64,000 bases of DNA from the human T2T-CHM13v2.0 reference genome, Homo sapiens. Made by a program: the position numbers and the translations under genes. How positions within the stretch are numbered: position 1 is the first letter of the stretch; each line of letters opens with the position of its first letter. Below, in pieces: positions 12,601 through 26,795 of this stretch. The notes beneath the pieces were generated by a model that did no database searches, was not told the origin of the DNA, and saw only the letters and a list, made by a program, of their open reading frames with translations. The stretch is taken from NCBI RefSeq assembly GCF_009914755.1, contig NC_060930.1. One strand, written 5' to 3'.

Positions 12601-13475
12601 TGTATCCCAGAGATTTTGATAGGTTGTGTCACTGTTATTGTTCGGTTCAAAGAATTTTTAAATTTTCATCTTAATCTAATTGTTGACACAATGATCATTC
12701 AGAAGCAACTTATTTAATTTCCATGTATTTGCATGATTTTGAGGGTTTCTTTTGGAGTTGACTTTCAATTTGAGTTCACTGTGGTCTGAGAGAGTACTTC
12801 AAATAATTTCAATTTTCTTAAATTTGTGGAGACTTGTTTTGTGGCCTATCATATTGTCTATCTTGGAGAAAGTTCCATGCACTGGTGAATAGAATGTATA
12901 TTCCGTGATTGTTGGGTAGAATCTTCTGTAAATATCTGTTAAATCCATTTGTTCTAGGGTATAGTTTTAGTCCCTTGTTTCTTTGTTGACTTTCTTTCTT
13001 GATGACCTGTCTAGTGCTGTCAGTGAAATATTAAAAGTCCCCCACTGTTACTGTGTTGCTTTCTGTCTCATTTCTTAGGTCTAGCAGTAATTGTTTTATA
13101 AGTTTGGGCACTCCAGTGGTAGGAGCATATATATTTAGAATTGTGATATTTTCCTGCTGGACAAGGCCTTTTATCATTATATAAAGTCCCTCTTTGTCTT
13201 TTTTAACTGCTGCTTTAAAGTTTGTTTTGTCTGATGTAAGAATAGCTACTCCTATTCATCTTTGGTGTCTATTTGCATGCAATATCTTTTTCCACCCTTT
13301 TACATTAAGTTTATGTGAGTGAGTCCTATGTGTCAGGGGAGTCTCTTGAAGAGGGCAGATACTTGGTTGGTAAGTTTTTATTCTTTCTGCCATTCTGTAT
13401 CTTTTAAGTGGAGCATTTCGGCCATTTACATTTAATGTTAGTATTAAGATGTGAGTCACTGTTTTTTCATCATGC
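9605..13475 (-). pseudogene. Disrupted L1 ORF2 (EN/RT) of the L1PB element
   Basis: Short in-track pieces 13256-13459, 12331-12591, 11981-12223, 11665-11877, 11089-11502 (FADD motif), split by stops and frameshifts. Confidence 0.85.
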
Positions 13476-14090
13476 TATTTGTTGCCTGAATACCTTTTTT
13501 ATTGTGTAATTGTTTTATAGGTCCTGTGAGACTTATGCTTTAAGGAGGTCTTGTTTTGGTGTATTTTGAGGATTTGTTTCAAGGTTTAGATCTCCTTTTA
13601 GCCATTCTTATAGTGCTGGCTTGGTGGTGGTGAATTCTCTCAGCATTTGTTTGTCTGGAAAAGACTGTATCTTTCCTTCATTTTTGAAACTTAGTTTTGC
13701 TGGATACAAAGTTCTTGGCTGATAATTGCTTTATTTAAGGAGGCTAAAGATAGGACCCAAATCCTTTCTAGCTTGTAAGTTTCTGCTAAGAAGTCTGCTG
13801 TTAATCTGATAGGTTTTCCTTTATAGGTTACCTGATGCTCTTGCCTTACAGTTCTTAAGATTCCTTCATCTTGACTTTAGATAACCCGATGACTATGTGC
13901 CTAGGAGATGATCTTTTCATGACGAATTTCCCAGGTATTCTTTGAGCTTCTTGTATTTGGATGTCTAGATCTCTAACAAGGCCAGACAAATTTTCCTTGA
14001 TTATTTCCTCAAATAAATTTTCCAAACTTCTAGATTTTACTTCTTTCTTGGGAACACCCAGTTATTCTTAGGTTTGGTGGCTTAATATAA

Positions 14091-14425
<335 letters not shown>

Positions 14426-16699
14426 TGTTCATTTAAAAAAAATTGTTTTTTCTTTGTTTTTGTCAGATTGGGTTAATTTGAAAGTCTTGTCTTTGAATTC
14501 TGAAATTCTTTCTTCTACTTGTTCCATTCTATTGCTGACACTATTCTGTTTATTTTGCATTTCTCTAAATGTGTCCTTGATTTCCAGAAGTTGTGATTGT
14601 TTTTTAATTTATTCCATCTATCTATTTCACTGGAGATATTTCCATTCATATCCTTTTTTATTTTATTTTTTTAAATTGAACTTCACCTTTCTCTGGTGCC
14701 TCCTTGATTGGCTTAATAATCCACCCTCTGAATTCTTTTTCTGGCAACTCAGAGATTTTTTCTTGGTTTGGATCCATTGCTGGTGAGCTAGTGCGAGCTT
14801 TTGGGGATGTTAAAGAACCTTGTTTTGTCATATTACCAGTTTTGTTTTTCTGGTTCCTTCTTATTTGGGTAGACTATGTCAGAGGGAATATCTGAGACTC
14901 AAGAGCTGCTGTTCAGGTTTTTTTTGTTCCTCGGGATGCTCCTTTGATGTGGTGCTCTCCCTCTTCCCCTAGGAATGGGGCTTCCTGAGAGCCAAACTGT
15001 AATGATTATTTTTCTTCTGAATCTAGCTACCCAGTGGAGCTACTGGGTTCTGGGCTGGTACTGGGGAGTGTCTGCAGAGTCCTGTGATGAGATCCATCTT
15101 CAGGTCTCTCAGCAGTGGATACCAGCAACTGCTCCAGTGGAGGTAGCAGGGGAGTGAAGCAGGCCTTACGAGAGTCCTTGGTAGTATTTTTGTTAAGTGT
15201 GCTGGTTTTTTGTTGGTTGGCCTCCAGCCAGGAGGTGGCGAGTTCAAGAGTGCATCAGCTGCAGTAGTGTAGGGAGGATACAAGCTTGCCCCCCAGGGTC
15301 TTCTTTGGATAAGTGTTCTGGTTTCTCAGGTGGAGGTTCTCTGGTTCTCTATGGGCAGGGCCGTAGAACTCCCAAGAGTTTTTGACCTTTGTCTTTGGCT
15401 ACCAGGGCAGGTAGAGAAAGACCATCAGGTGAAGGCAGGGCTGGGTATGTCTAAGCTCAGACTCTCCACGGGCGGGACTTGCTGCAGCTGCTGTGGGGGA
15501 TGAGAGTGTGGTTCCCAGACCAACAGAGTTATGTTCTCAGGGGTATTTTGGCTGCCTCTGCTGCATCACACAGGTTGCCAGGGACGTGGGGGAAAGCCAG
15601 GAGCCACAGGCCTCACCCAGCTCCCATGCAGCTGGCAGCCTGAAAGACAGGTCTCACTCCCACTGAGCTCCCCCAACAGTACTGAGTTTAATTCCAGAGA
15701 GTTGGTGACCAGGGCTGAGTACTTGCCCCAGGCTACACTCCTCCCAGCTGAGAACAAGCTGACATAGTTCCTTGGCTGTCCTATGGAGCTTGAGGTGCCA
15801 TTCTACCTCCTTCAAAGGGTCTGTGGATTCTCTTGGCTTTTCTGGTATGTTCCTGAAGTAGTTCTTGGAGCAAAAGTTTACAGCGTGAGTCTCCATATGC
15901 TGCTCTGTCCATCCGAATGGGACCTGCAAGTTAGTTTTGCCTCCTATCCGCCATTTTTCTCTAAGTCTCCCCCCAAAATCAATGCAGAAAGAAAAAAGAG
16001 CAACAAAAATATGGAAGAAAAATGATTAAAAAATAAGTACCAAAGTTAATAGTATAACACATTAATAACAATGATAAAATTAAGTGGTTTAAGTGCTCCT
16101 CTTAAAAGCAAAAGGGTATCAGACCAATAAACCTAAATCCGGTTTCATAGAACTTGCAAATGACCTATCTGGAATGTTAGGATATAGAATAGTTTGAAAA
16201 TCAAAGAATATGAAGTCATGTATAGGAAAAATACGAAAATAAAGCTGAAATTGCTATAGTATTATTAGTCAAAACAGACTTTAAGAAATATTACTGAGGA
16301 TAAAAATCAATTTTATAATGATAAAATCTCAATTAAGCAAGAAGCTATAATAATCTAGACTTCTAAGCACCTAATATACAGCTTGGAAACTATATAAAGC
16401 CAGAACTGACCAAATACAAATAAAATTAACAAAACAGTAGCACTGTCAGAGATTTAAACACACACATTTTAATGACTGATAGAATTTGTAGACAAGCATA
16501 TCAATGATAATAGCGTGTTTTAACAATGTAATTTATCAGCTTCAAACTGTAGAAGACATATTCTTTCTGAGCAAGCAAGTGGGCCACATAACACATTTCA
16601 AAGGATGAATTTCATATCCATTTCATTCTTTAACTGCTATATATTCAACTTATAATAACATGTATATAATTGAGTAAAAAAGATAATTCAAAGAATTTG

Positions 16700-18712
16700 C
16701 TCTAAAAACTTCATTAAAAAACTGTTAGAACTAATATCAAATTCAGTAAAGTTGCAGGATATAAAATCAACATAGACAAATCAGTTGTTTCTTTACATCA
16801 GTGACAATCTATTGGAAAAGGAAATTTTTAAAAATCCCATTTAGACCACATCAAAAAGAATAAAATACTTAGGGATAGGTTTAACCAAGGAGGTAAAAGA
16901 CCTGTACATTGAAAACTATAAAACATAGATGAAAAAAACTGAAGAAGATACAAATAAGTGGAAAAATACTTCCCATTCATGGATTAAAAAATTAATATTG
17001 TTAGAATGTCCATACTACCCAAAGTGATCTACATATTCAATGCAATCCTTCTCAAAAATTTAATGGCTTTTTTCAAAGAAATAAACACCTTAGAATTTGT
17101 ATGGAATCAAAATAGGCACCAAATACACAAAGCAACTTGAGAAAGAAGAACAAAGTTGAAAGCATCATTACCTTACAAGCTGTAGTAGTCAAAATAGTAT
17201 GGTGTTGGCATAAAAACAGACATATGGGACAATGAAGCAGAATAGAGAGCACAGAAAATAAACACATGCATATACAGTCAACTAATTTTTGATAGGGTCA
17301 CCAAAAGAACACAATGGGGAAAGGATAGTTGTTTCAATAAATGATGTCGGGAAAACTGGATTTGCACATGCAATAGAATGAAATTGGACAATTATACCAT
17401 ATACAAAAGGAAACTCAAAATGGGTTAAAGACTTAAATGTAAGAACAGAAATTATAAAAACACTAGAAGAAAACATGGAGAACAGGATCTATGACATTGG
17501 TCTAATGATGATTTTTTTAATATGACCCCAAAAGCACAGGCAACAACAAAAAATAGACAAATGAAGTTACATTGTATTTAAAAGTTTCTGTAAAGCAAAG
17601 GAATCAATTAACAGAGTGAAAAGACAACCTACAGAATGGAAGAAAATATTTGTAAACCATACATCTGATAAGGGGTTAATATCCACAATACATAAGGATT
17701 TCAAACAACTCAATAGCAAGAAAATAACCTGATCAAAAAATGGGCAAAATATCTGAACAGACATTTCTCAAAAGAAGACATACAAATGGTCAGAAGGTAG
17801 ATGAAAAAATTCTCAACATTACTAATCAAGACGGAAATGCAAATTAAAGCCACAATGAAATGCTGCTTCACACCTGCTAAAATGGCCATTATCAAAAAGA
17901 TAAAAAAGTGTTGGCAGGGTTTGGAGAAAAGACAACCTTTGTATGCTGTTGGTGGGTATATACACTGGTACAGCCATTATGGAAAAACAGTATGAAGTTT
18001 CCTCAAAAAAATTACAATAGAACTAGTATATGACCCAGCAATCTCTCTTCTGGGTTTCTACCCAAAAGAAATGAAATCAGTACCTCAAAAGGATCTTTGC
18101 ACTGTCATGTTCATTACAGCATTATTCACAATAGCTAAGATATTGGAATCAACTTAAGTGCTCATCTATGGATAAGCAGATAAAGACAATGTGGTGTAGA
18201 AACACAACGAAATGTTATCCAGACTTAGAAAGGAAATCCAGTCATTTGTGACAACATGGATAAACCTGGAAAACATTGTGCTAAGTGAAATAAGCCAGAG
18301 ACAGTAAGGCAAATACTGCATGATCTCATTTATATATGAAATAGAAAACAATTAACATAGAAGTAGAAAGTAGAATGGTGGTTACAAGGGGCTGAAGGTT
18401 GAGAGAAACAGAAAGACGATCAAAGATGATCAAAGGGTACAAATTTGCAACCACATAGGAAGAATAAGCCTAGAGATCTAATATATAGAATGATGATAAT
18501 AGTTAATAATGTTTTATTGAAAATTTGGAAATTTGCTAAAAGAGTAGATATCGGGTACCTTCACCACAAAACAAGCAAACAGAAAAAGCAAAAACCAAAA
18601 AATTAATTATGTGAGATGCTGCATATGTTAACTCTCTTGACTTAGTAATTATTTCACTATACTAAATAGCATGTTGTACACCTTAAATATATAGAATTTT
18701 TATTTTTTAAAA
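16700..18712 (+). mobile_element. 5'-truncated L1MA (L1MA8/9-like), ORF2 3' half plus 3' UTR
   Basis: 'aaactgttagaactaatatcaaattcagtaaagttgcaggatataaaatcaaca' through the 3' end 'catgttgtacaccttaaatatatagaatttttatt'. Confidence 0.85.
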
Positions 18713-18772
18713 GAGCAGAGCATCCTTACACAGCCCTCTGCGCACTGAACTAGTCATTTACCACTCATAATA

Positions 18773-19127
18773 CAGGTTGAGCATTCTTAATTAGAGAATC
18801 CAAAATCTGAAATATTCCAAAATCTGAAACTTTTTGAGCATGAATGACACTACAAGTGGAAAATTCCACACCTGAGCTCATGTGATGGATTACAGTCAAA
18901 CTGCAGTCAAAACTTTGGTGTACAAAATTATTAAAAATATTGTATAAGGCTAACTTCAGTCTATGCATATAAGGTATATATGAAACATAAATAAATTTCA
19001 TGTTTAGAGTTGGGTTCCATCCTCAAGAAATTTCATTATGTATATGGAACTGTTCCAAAATCTAGAAAAATCTAAAGTCCAATATATTTCTGGTCCCAAG
19101 CATTTCAAATCAGGAATATTCAACTCT
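18773..19127 (-). mobile_element. Tigger4b/MER46-type DNA transposon
   Basis: ta|caggttgagcat TIR, 'caagtggaaaattccacacctgagctcatgtga', 'ttctggtcccaagcatttc...attcaac'. Confidence 0.85.
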
Positions 19128-19221
19128 TTGCCCTCAATTCAGCCACTTCCACAACTCACTCTGACAAACTTTATTATAAAACCTCATGTTCCTCCAATTG
19201 CTTGACACAAGTTCAACTTGA

Positions 19222-19532
19222 TGGGGGATGATAAATTGGGGAGAGGTTGGTCAAAGGATACATAATTACAGCTAGATAGGAGGAATAAATTCAAGAGGTC
19301 TATTGTACAACAAGCTGACTATAGTTAATAATGATATATTGTATCCTTGAAAAATGCTGAGTGTCTATTAAGTGTTCTCACCACAAAAATGATAATCCTG
19401 TGAAGTAATGCATTTATTAGTTGCTAGATTTAACCATTCCAAAATGTATATGTACTTCAAAACATCATGTTTTACAAGGTAAAAATATACAATTAGATGT
19501 TAATTTTAAAAGATAAGTATATTTGAATAAGA
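19222..19532 (+). mobile_element. L1MA (L1MA4-6-like) 3' end fragment
   Basis: 'ttggtcaaaggatacataattacagctagataggaggaataa'; degenerate TSD aagttcaacttga (19209-19221) / aagttgaatttga (19533-19545). Confidence 0.8.
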
Positions 19533-21524
19533 AAGTTGAATTTGAAAAGTTTTCCTTCAGTGTAGATTTTCTTTATGTTTCCAGTTAATGATAAAAGTAA
19601 AGCTTGTCCCAGCCTGTGTGGGCTTGGCACTCAAGATAGTTTGGGATCCAAATAAAGCACTAGGGTAGGCATGGAAAATAAGAATAAAAGAGAAACAATT
19701 AGGAGCCAGAAAAATAGGACAGCCCACACAGCTGTTTCCTGTGATGCATGTTTAGGTATCCTTGCAGAACCTGGATGACATCTGAGGTGGTCTTTTTTTC
19801 CAAGGGGAATGATCTGATAAGTGAGGCAAGATAATGTTTGCTAAACAGTAGCAAGGATCAACATTTTTGGTATTGGGTGGTCCTGTGTTTTCTGGTGGTT
19901 AGTTTGAAGGATGGTTGGAGCACATTGTTGGCAGCTGTTGAGCTGTGGGAAGAGGTGAAATTGCTGAGAGAGGACATGTGACTCTCTGAAAGTTGCCTGG
20001 CCCAGTTAAGGAATGTAGTGTTCAAAGCAATGCTTCTTTCCACAGCAATGAGGTCACTGGACTATAGTTGGAAATTGAGTAAAGTGCAGTCATAAGGAAT
20101 TTATGGTCCTAGTTGGGGAGAGTGATGTAAGGTGAAGATCCATTACCAACGGCTGACAGGTGCCCTGAATTTCCCACAGATACAACTAAAAAAATCCCAT
20201 ATTTTCATAAATTTAGAAACATATTCCTAAGTAATTCACAAGTTAAGTAATTATAAGAAAATATCTTGAACTGAGAAATAATAAACTACGTTGCCTTTAA
20301 TTTGGGGGATTTAGGTAAAATGATACTTAATTATTTGTATTGTGAAAGAAAAGCCTCAAAGCTAATGACCTAGGCTGCTTACTTAAGATGAAAAAGTATA
20401 ATGATGTAAACAAGAAGAAAGTACTGGGAAGAAGGAAATGATATAAAGAATATAATAGAAGGCAAACATATAATAGAGTAGATTGACAAAGCCAAAAGAT
20501 TCACTTGGAATGACCTAATAAAATCGAAAAACCTCTGTCAAGGTTGATCATAAAAAAAGAGTGAAGACACAAGTAAACACTATGAATAAAAGAGACAATT
20601 ATAGAAGTTACAGAGATTTAAAAACAATAGAATAATATGAATAACTTCATACTAATAAATTTGAAAGTTTTGATGAGAGGACAAATTTCTGAGAAAAAAT
20701 ATATCTAACAAAAATGACTAAAAAAACCCCAGCAACCCTTAATTGTCATATAGCTACAACAGAAATTGAAAGAACAATTCAAAAATATTCCCTCAATGAA
20801 AATATCAGAACCAGAGAGTTCTTATCTATGTGTTCTGTTAGCACTGAGAAAACAAATGATTTCAATGTTGTGAATCTTGTATAATATAGACAAGGAATGT
20901 GTTCAACTCCTTTTATATGTGAAACCTAGTCTAGGACTGTTCAAGGAAGGAAAATTACAGGCCAATCTCATTTATGAGCATAATTACAGAAATCTTAAAA
21001 TAATATATTAGCAAAGTGATTATCATAAAAAGATAATACATGATTAATTGGAGGGTGTTCCAGCGTTGCAGATTTAGTTTGAAATTATGAAGTAATTTAA
21101 TTCACCATATTAGCAGATTAAGGGAGAAGAAGAATCTTGTGATCTCAGTAAAGGCAGGAAAAGAAGTTATCAAAATTCAATATACATTTATGATAAACTC
21201 TTAGGACACTAGCAATATAATGTACTTCCTGAATTCAAGAAAATATACCTATAGAAAAACTATGGTAAACATACTTCTTGTTAAAACATTGAAAGTATTC
21301 TTTTTATGATTAGGAATAAAACAAAAATGTCAGCTATCACCACTTACATTTAATATTATACTGGAAGTCCAAGTCAATTTGGTAAGGCAGAAGTAATTAA
21401 GGGATTAAGATTGAGAAAGAAACAAAACTATTCAGAGATGGCATGATCATGGAAAAACAAAACAAATCTACCCACAAGTTATTAAGATTATAAGAGTTTA
21501 TCTAGATATAAAAATCAATTGTAT

Positions 21525-22514
21525 ATTTATTTACTGATATGGTTTGGCTGTGTCCCCACCCAAATCTCATCTTGAATTACCACATGTTGTGGGAAGGACC
21601 TGGTGGGAGGTAATTGAATCATGGGGGTGGGTCTTTCTCATGATGCTCTTGTGATGGTGAATAAGTCTCATGAGATCTGATGGTTTTAAAAAATGGAATT
21701 TTCCCTGCACAACCTCTCTTTCTTTGCCTGCCACCATCCATGTAAGACATGACTTGCTTCTCCTTGCCTTCTGCCATGATTGTTAGGCCTCCCCAGCCAT
21801 GTGGAGCTGTAAGTCCATTAAACCTCTTTTTCTTCCCAGTCTTGGCTATGTCTTTATCAGCAGTGTAAAACAGACTAATACGTTTACTGACAAACAAAAT
21901 TGTATATATTTATCATGTATAACATGTTGTTTTTAAATATGTCTGTATTGTGGAATGGCTAAATTATGCTAATTAACATATCCATTGCCTCCCATACTTT
22001 TCTTTTGGTGAGAACACTTAAAATCTACCCTCTTAGCAATTTTCAAGAACACAATATGTTGTTACCAACTATAGTCACCGTGTTGTACAGTAGATCTATT
22101 GAACTTATTCCTGTCTGAGGCTTTGTATCCTTTGACTATCCTTTCCCTATTCTTCCCAGTCCTCAACCTCTGGTAACCACTGTTCTACTCTCTGCTTCTA
22201 TGAGTTCAGCTTTTTAAAATTTAATATATTCCACATATAAATGGGATAGTTTAACATAGTTTCCTTCAGATTCATCCATATTTTCACAAATGATAGGATT
22301 TCCTTCTTATTTAAGGCTGAATAGTATTGCATTGTGTATAACACTATATTTTCTTCATTTATCTGTTGATGGACATTAAAGTTGATTACATATCTTGGCC
22401 ATTGTAAATGATGGTGCAGTGAACATGGGAGTGCAGATGTCTCTTTGACATACTGATTTCATTTCCTTTGGATATACACCCAGAAGTGGGATTGCTGAAT
22501 CATATGGTAGTTCT
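21525..22514 (-). mobile_element. L1MA (L1MA6/7-like) 3' fragment, with THE1A inserted at its tail
   Basis: 'tgtggaatggctaaattatgctaattaacata', 'ggtgagaacacttaaaatctac'; flanking duplication aaaaatcaatt(t)gtat at ~21510 and ~22517. Confidence 0.8.
21535..21882 (+). mobile_element. THE1A-like MaLR solo LTR
   Basis: Starts tgatatggtttggctgtgtccccacccaaatctc, ends gactaatacg; 5-bp TSD tttac at 21530-21534 and 21883-21887. Confidence 0.92.
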
Positions 22515-22837
22515 AAAAAAATCAATTTGTATTTTTATACACTGTGGGTAGAAAATTTCATTCAAAAGTAATTTTAAATGATACCACTTAAAAGAGCATT
22601 AGAATGTAAAATACTTTGGAATAAATATAACAAAGTATAAGCAAGAACCTCATGGAAAAAATAGTAAAACTCTACTACTAGACCTCATACCAAATTTAAA
22701 TAAATGACATACAAAGACTCAATATTGAAAGGCTAATTGATCTATAGGTGAATCTATAGCATCATTGTAAATTGATCTATAACGTTAATGTAGTTCCAAT
22801 AAAAATATCAACAGGTGCTGTGGTGGAATTTGAGCTG

Positions 22838-23072
22838 ATATATATATATATATATATAAAATATATTGCATACATATATATATTTGCATTTCCATAATAT
22901 ATATGTATATGTATATATTATGGTAACATATATATGTACATACATATATATGTGTATATTACAGAAGTTACAGAGATTTTAAAAACAATAGAATAATATG
23001 AGTAACCTCATACTAATAAATTTGAAAGTTTATTTATATATATATTTCCATAATATATATGTGTATGTATGT
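22838..23072. repeat. Interrupted (TA)n microsatellite containing a ~73-bp copy of 20598-20670
   Basis: TA runs flank a unique block at 22958-23031. Confidence 0.9.
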
Positions 23073-24995
23073 GAAAAAGTCCTCAAAGGGCCAAAACACC
23101 CCTGAAGAAGTATAAAGATGGCAGCACTTGTCTCAGGTAAGACAAAACTCATAGAAAATTAGACAGTGTGTGGTCCTGGTGCAGAGACAGAGAAGATGAC
23201 TGATGGAATTGATTACAATGGTCCCCCAAAAGAAGCATACTTATGTGGAAATGTAATTTTGCTTGAATCTAGTACAGCAGCTAAGTGGAGAAATAAGGAC
23301 TTTAAAAAATTGTGTGGAAGCAATTAGAAACCATATGAAAGTTTAAACACCTATGTGAAAGGCAAAACTATAAAATTTTACAAGATAACATGGGAGAATA
23401 TATTTATAACTGCAGGGTAGAGAAAAGTTTCTTAAACAGGACCCAAAAAGTACAAATCTCAAAGGGAATAATAGATGAATTTCACTACGTTAAAAATCTG
23501 TTTATCAACACTTGTTTTAAAACAAGAAGAAACACAAACCACAATAGGGAAGGAAATATTTGCAATATACAAAACCAACAAAGAATTCTAATTCAACTCA
23601 ATAAATTTAATAACAAAAAGAAAACTCAGAAGAAAAATGGATAACAGACATGCATAAATATTTGACAAAAGAAAAATGCATGACAAACATAAAAATGTGC
23701 TCAATCTCATTAGCAATTATGGAAATGCAAATTAAATCAAGGAAGATCCCATTTTACAGGGGCTTGTAATTTTAAGTGTTGATGAGCATGTGGAGTGATG
23801 TGGATTCTGAAGGCAAATCTCATGTGAGAGACTATGGAAGAGACTTGAATGACTCTTGCATGTGCTTCTGGAGACATGGCCAAGAATGTTCAGAATAGAT
23901 AGTTGAAGCCATTCAGAAGCTCATTAGTAAAATGAGTAAGTAAATCATGGTACATTAACATTCTAGAACACTAGAGAATTGTGAATAATAGAGAATTTTA
24001 GCTATTAAGTACAAAAATGACTCTCAGGAGCATATGTGAGGAAAAAAGCAATTTATTTAAAAATTTTGTGTGACACTATATAACATTCAAAAACCATGTA
24101 AAACTAAACAATACTATCTTAGGTATATAAAGCATATGTGGCAAAACTTTGAAGAAGAGCAAAAGAATGATGCATTCAGAAGATTGTTCTTCACTGTGAG
24201 CAGGAAGGAATTGAAGGGACTTGAGAAGGCCCTCCAAAAATGGAGACGGGGCATCCTTTTGCTTAAATTAGGTAGTGAGTACACACACATTTGCATAACT
24301 TTCCTTCATAATTCACATGCATTTTCTAAATATTCTTTTGTATCTAGTCAATATTAAATAATAATTAAAAAACTAAAACTAAAGCAGAAGAACAGTTTTG
24401 GAATGGTTGCCCCAATCTTGATTGTCAGATAGGATGGACATCCACAGATGTAATTACCTCTATTGTTTTTAAAATCTCTGTAACTTCTGTAATATATACA
24501 TATATATGTATGTACAAAAACCCAGGATGCCTGAGTCAAGGTAATTACATTGGTTTTGTGTGCCTATGGACTACCAGGCTACTGATTAGCCTAGTCCTCC
24601 TGGCTGAAGTTTCTCTGAGAGTTCTTAATCCTATTTTCAGTTATAAGATGGTTTTTGGCACATTAAGTTAACAGGAGGTTGACTCTACACTGTCATTTCT
24701 TTTTTGACCAGAAGAAGAGGCACTTTGCACAGAATGCATGTCCAAGTGCATTGCTATGGGATTCTCACATCTTTCAGCATACAAGGCATTCACTGTGTCC
24801 TGGAGCTGTCCATCCATTGGTTCTGACCCTGTGTATTTCTCTCTTTGGAGTAGCCAGGGCTTTCATTTCAGACAAGCATGTACAGTAACTGCAAGGGACA
24901 TTTATCACTCTCTTCTACTTTCATTTGTCTTTTAGCTTAGAAATAGCAAAACAACAAACAAATGAAAACATTAACAAAAAGCTACAAATAACAAG

Positions 24996-25348
24996 TGATA
25001 TGGTTTGACTGTGTCCCCACCCAAATCTCATCTTGAATTGTAATAATCCCCACGTGCCAAGGGTGGGGCCAGGTGGAGATAATTGAATCATGGGGGTAGT
25101 TCCCCCCATAATGTTCTCGTGGTAGTAAATAAGTTTCATGAGATCTGATGGTTTTATAAATGGGAGTTCCCCTGAACAAGTTTTGTTGCCTGCCTCCACG
25201 TAAGATGTGCCTTTGTTCTTCCTTCACCTTCCACTGTGATTGTGAGATCTCAGCCTTGTGGAACTGCGAGTTTATTAAACCTCTTTCCTTTATAAATTAC
25301 CCAGTCTCAGGTATGTCTTTATCAGCAGCATGAGAACTGACTATAACA
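24996..25348 (+). mobile_element. THE1C-like MaLR solo LTR
   Basis: TG...CA termini; perfect TSD acaag at 24991-24995 and 25349-25353. Confidence 0.92.
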
Positions 25349-25454
25349 ACAAGGACTAAATGAAACAAACTAATCCTAACCATCGCTAATGAGGGAAGGC
25401 AGAGCCTACATCTATTTCACAGGAGGTTTTATTAAAAGCACCTGTCTGTGTGGG

Positions 25455-25740
25455 GCGCTTTGGGCTCTGGTTTCTGCTCTGCCACTAAGCACCATTGTGC
25501 AATATTGTATAAGCCATAAACTCTCTGAATCAAAATTTCTTGGTCTTTTGATTATCCATAATAGACTGGGTATTTTAAATAACATATCTCCAATCCTTCA
25601 AACAACCCTGTAATGTAGAAATTATTATTTCTACTTTATAGATGAAACAATAGAGGCTCAGGTCAGTTAGGTATTTCAAGGTCAAGCAGCTTCTAAATGG
25701 CATAACCAGAACTTGAACCCATTCCCTATAGCTCCAAAGT
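25455..25740. mobile_element. MIR fragments (plus ~25455-25560; minus ~25580-25740)
   Basis: 'ctttatagatgaaacaatagaggctcag...caaggtca...gaacttgaaccca'. Confidence 0.65.
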
Positions 25741-26554
25741 CAGACAAGTCTTTTTCATTTTTTTCTCCTTCTTCCTGGGAGCCATGAAAGAGGGGTTTGG
25801 GATAAATCATTGCTGTCTTCATGGTTTCTTACAGCTCTAAACATTTATGGTGTACGCTACTATCCTCATTTGACAGTAATTAATATCAATGTTGTATATC
25901 ATTTTCTGTCTCATTGTAACTGAACACAACCATGAACTCAGGCATTTTTTTCACTGTAGAATTTAGTTTCCAGACTGAGCTATAAGCAAGCAACTTAGCT
26001 GTTTTCATTCTGAACTTGAAGAACCCAGAAGAGGTCTAATATTTCCAAATCAAGAAAGATTTTCATGGTGCAGTTTGGTGTTGAACAAAAAATAATTCGG
26101 GAGATAGACTTTGGTCACCAAAGAGCTGTTATCTGTGACATCAATATTTAATTGAGAAAAATCAAAACTATATTTGAAATTGAGATTTTGTTGCAAGTTT
26201 CATTCAGACATCTTTTGCGTTGGAAAGATAGGGCTAGCAAGGGAAGAGAGAGAATTCTCAATGCTAATATGTCTGCTTCTCAGGTTTTTCTGAGGGCGGG
26301 GGTGGGGGGTGTCTCTCAGAATGGCATCTTTGTCATGTAGTATATACTACAGACAATTTCCATTTGTTAGATTAATTTTTAGGTGTATGATATGCCCAGA
26401 AATGCTTTGAGTTTTCTACTGGATGGAAAATAGAACAACTCTTCTTCGATCTCTGTCAGAGTGATTTCTTTAAAATATCATTCTTAAAAACATGTACTGC
26501 TTCCCATTGAAATACAGATGTTTATTTGTACTTCTAAAGGAGTAGTTAACAATT

Positions 26555-26795
26555 TAAATAAATAGTATGGTTTAGAATCCAAGAGTCCAGACTCACACTC
26601 TAGTTCTGTGACCTCACATAGATAAGCTCCCCTCTCTGAGCTTCTTTTTGAGTCTGTAACTTTGATGTGCATGTGTCTACTTTTTAGGATTTTTTCCCAA
26701 GGCTAGATTTAGAAAATATTTGCAAAGTGTTTATCATGCAAGAAGCACCCATTAAAGGGTTGCTGTTATTATCATTATTATTATGTTATTATTAT
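26555..26795 (+). mobile_element. MIR
   Basis: 'tctgtgacctcacatagataagctcccctctctgagcttc...ctgtaa' with (tta)n tail. Confidence 0.6.
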
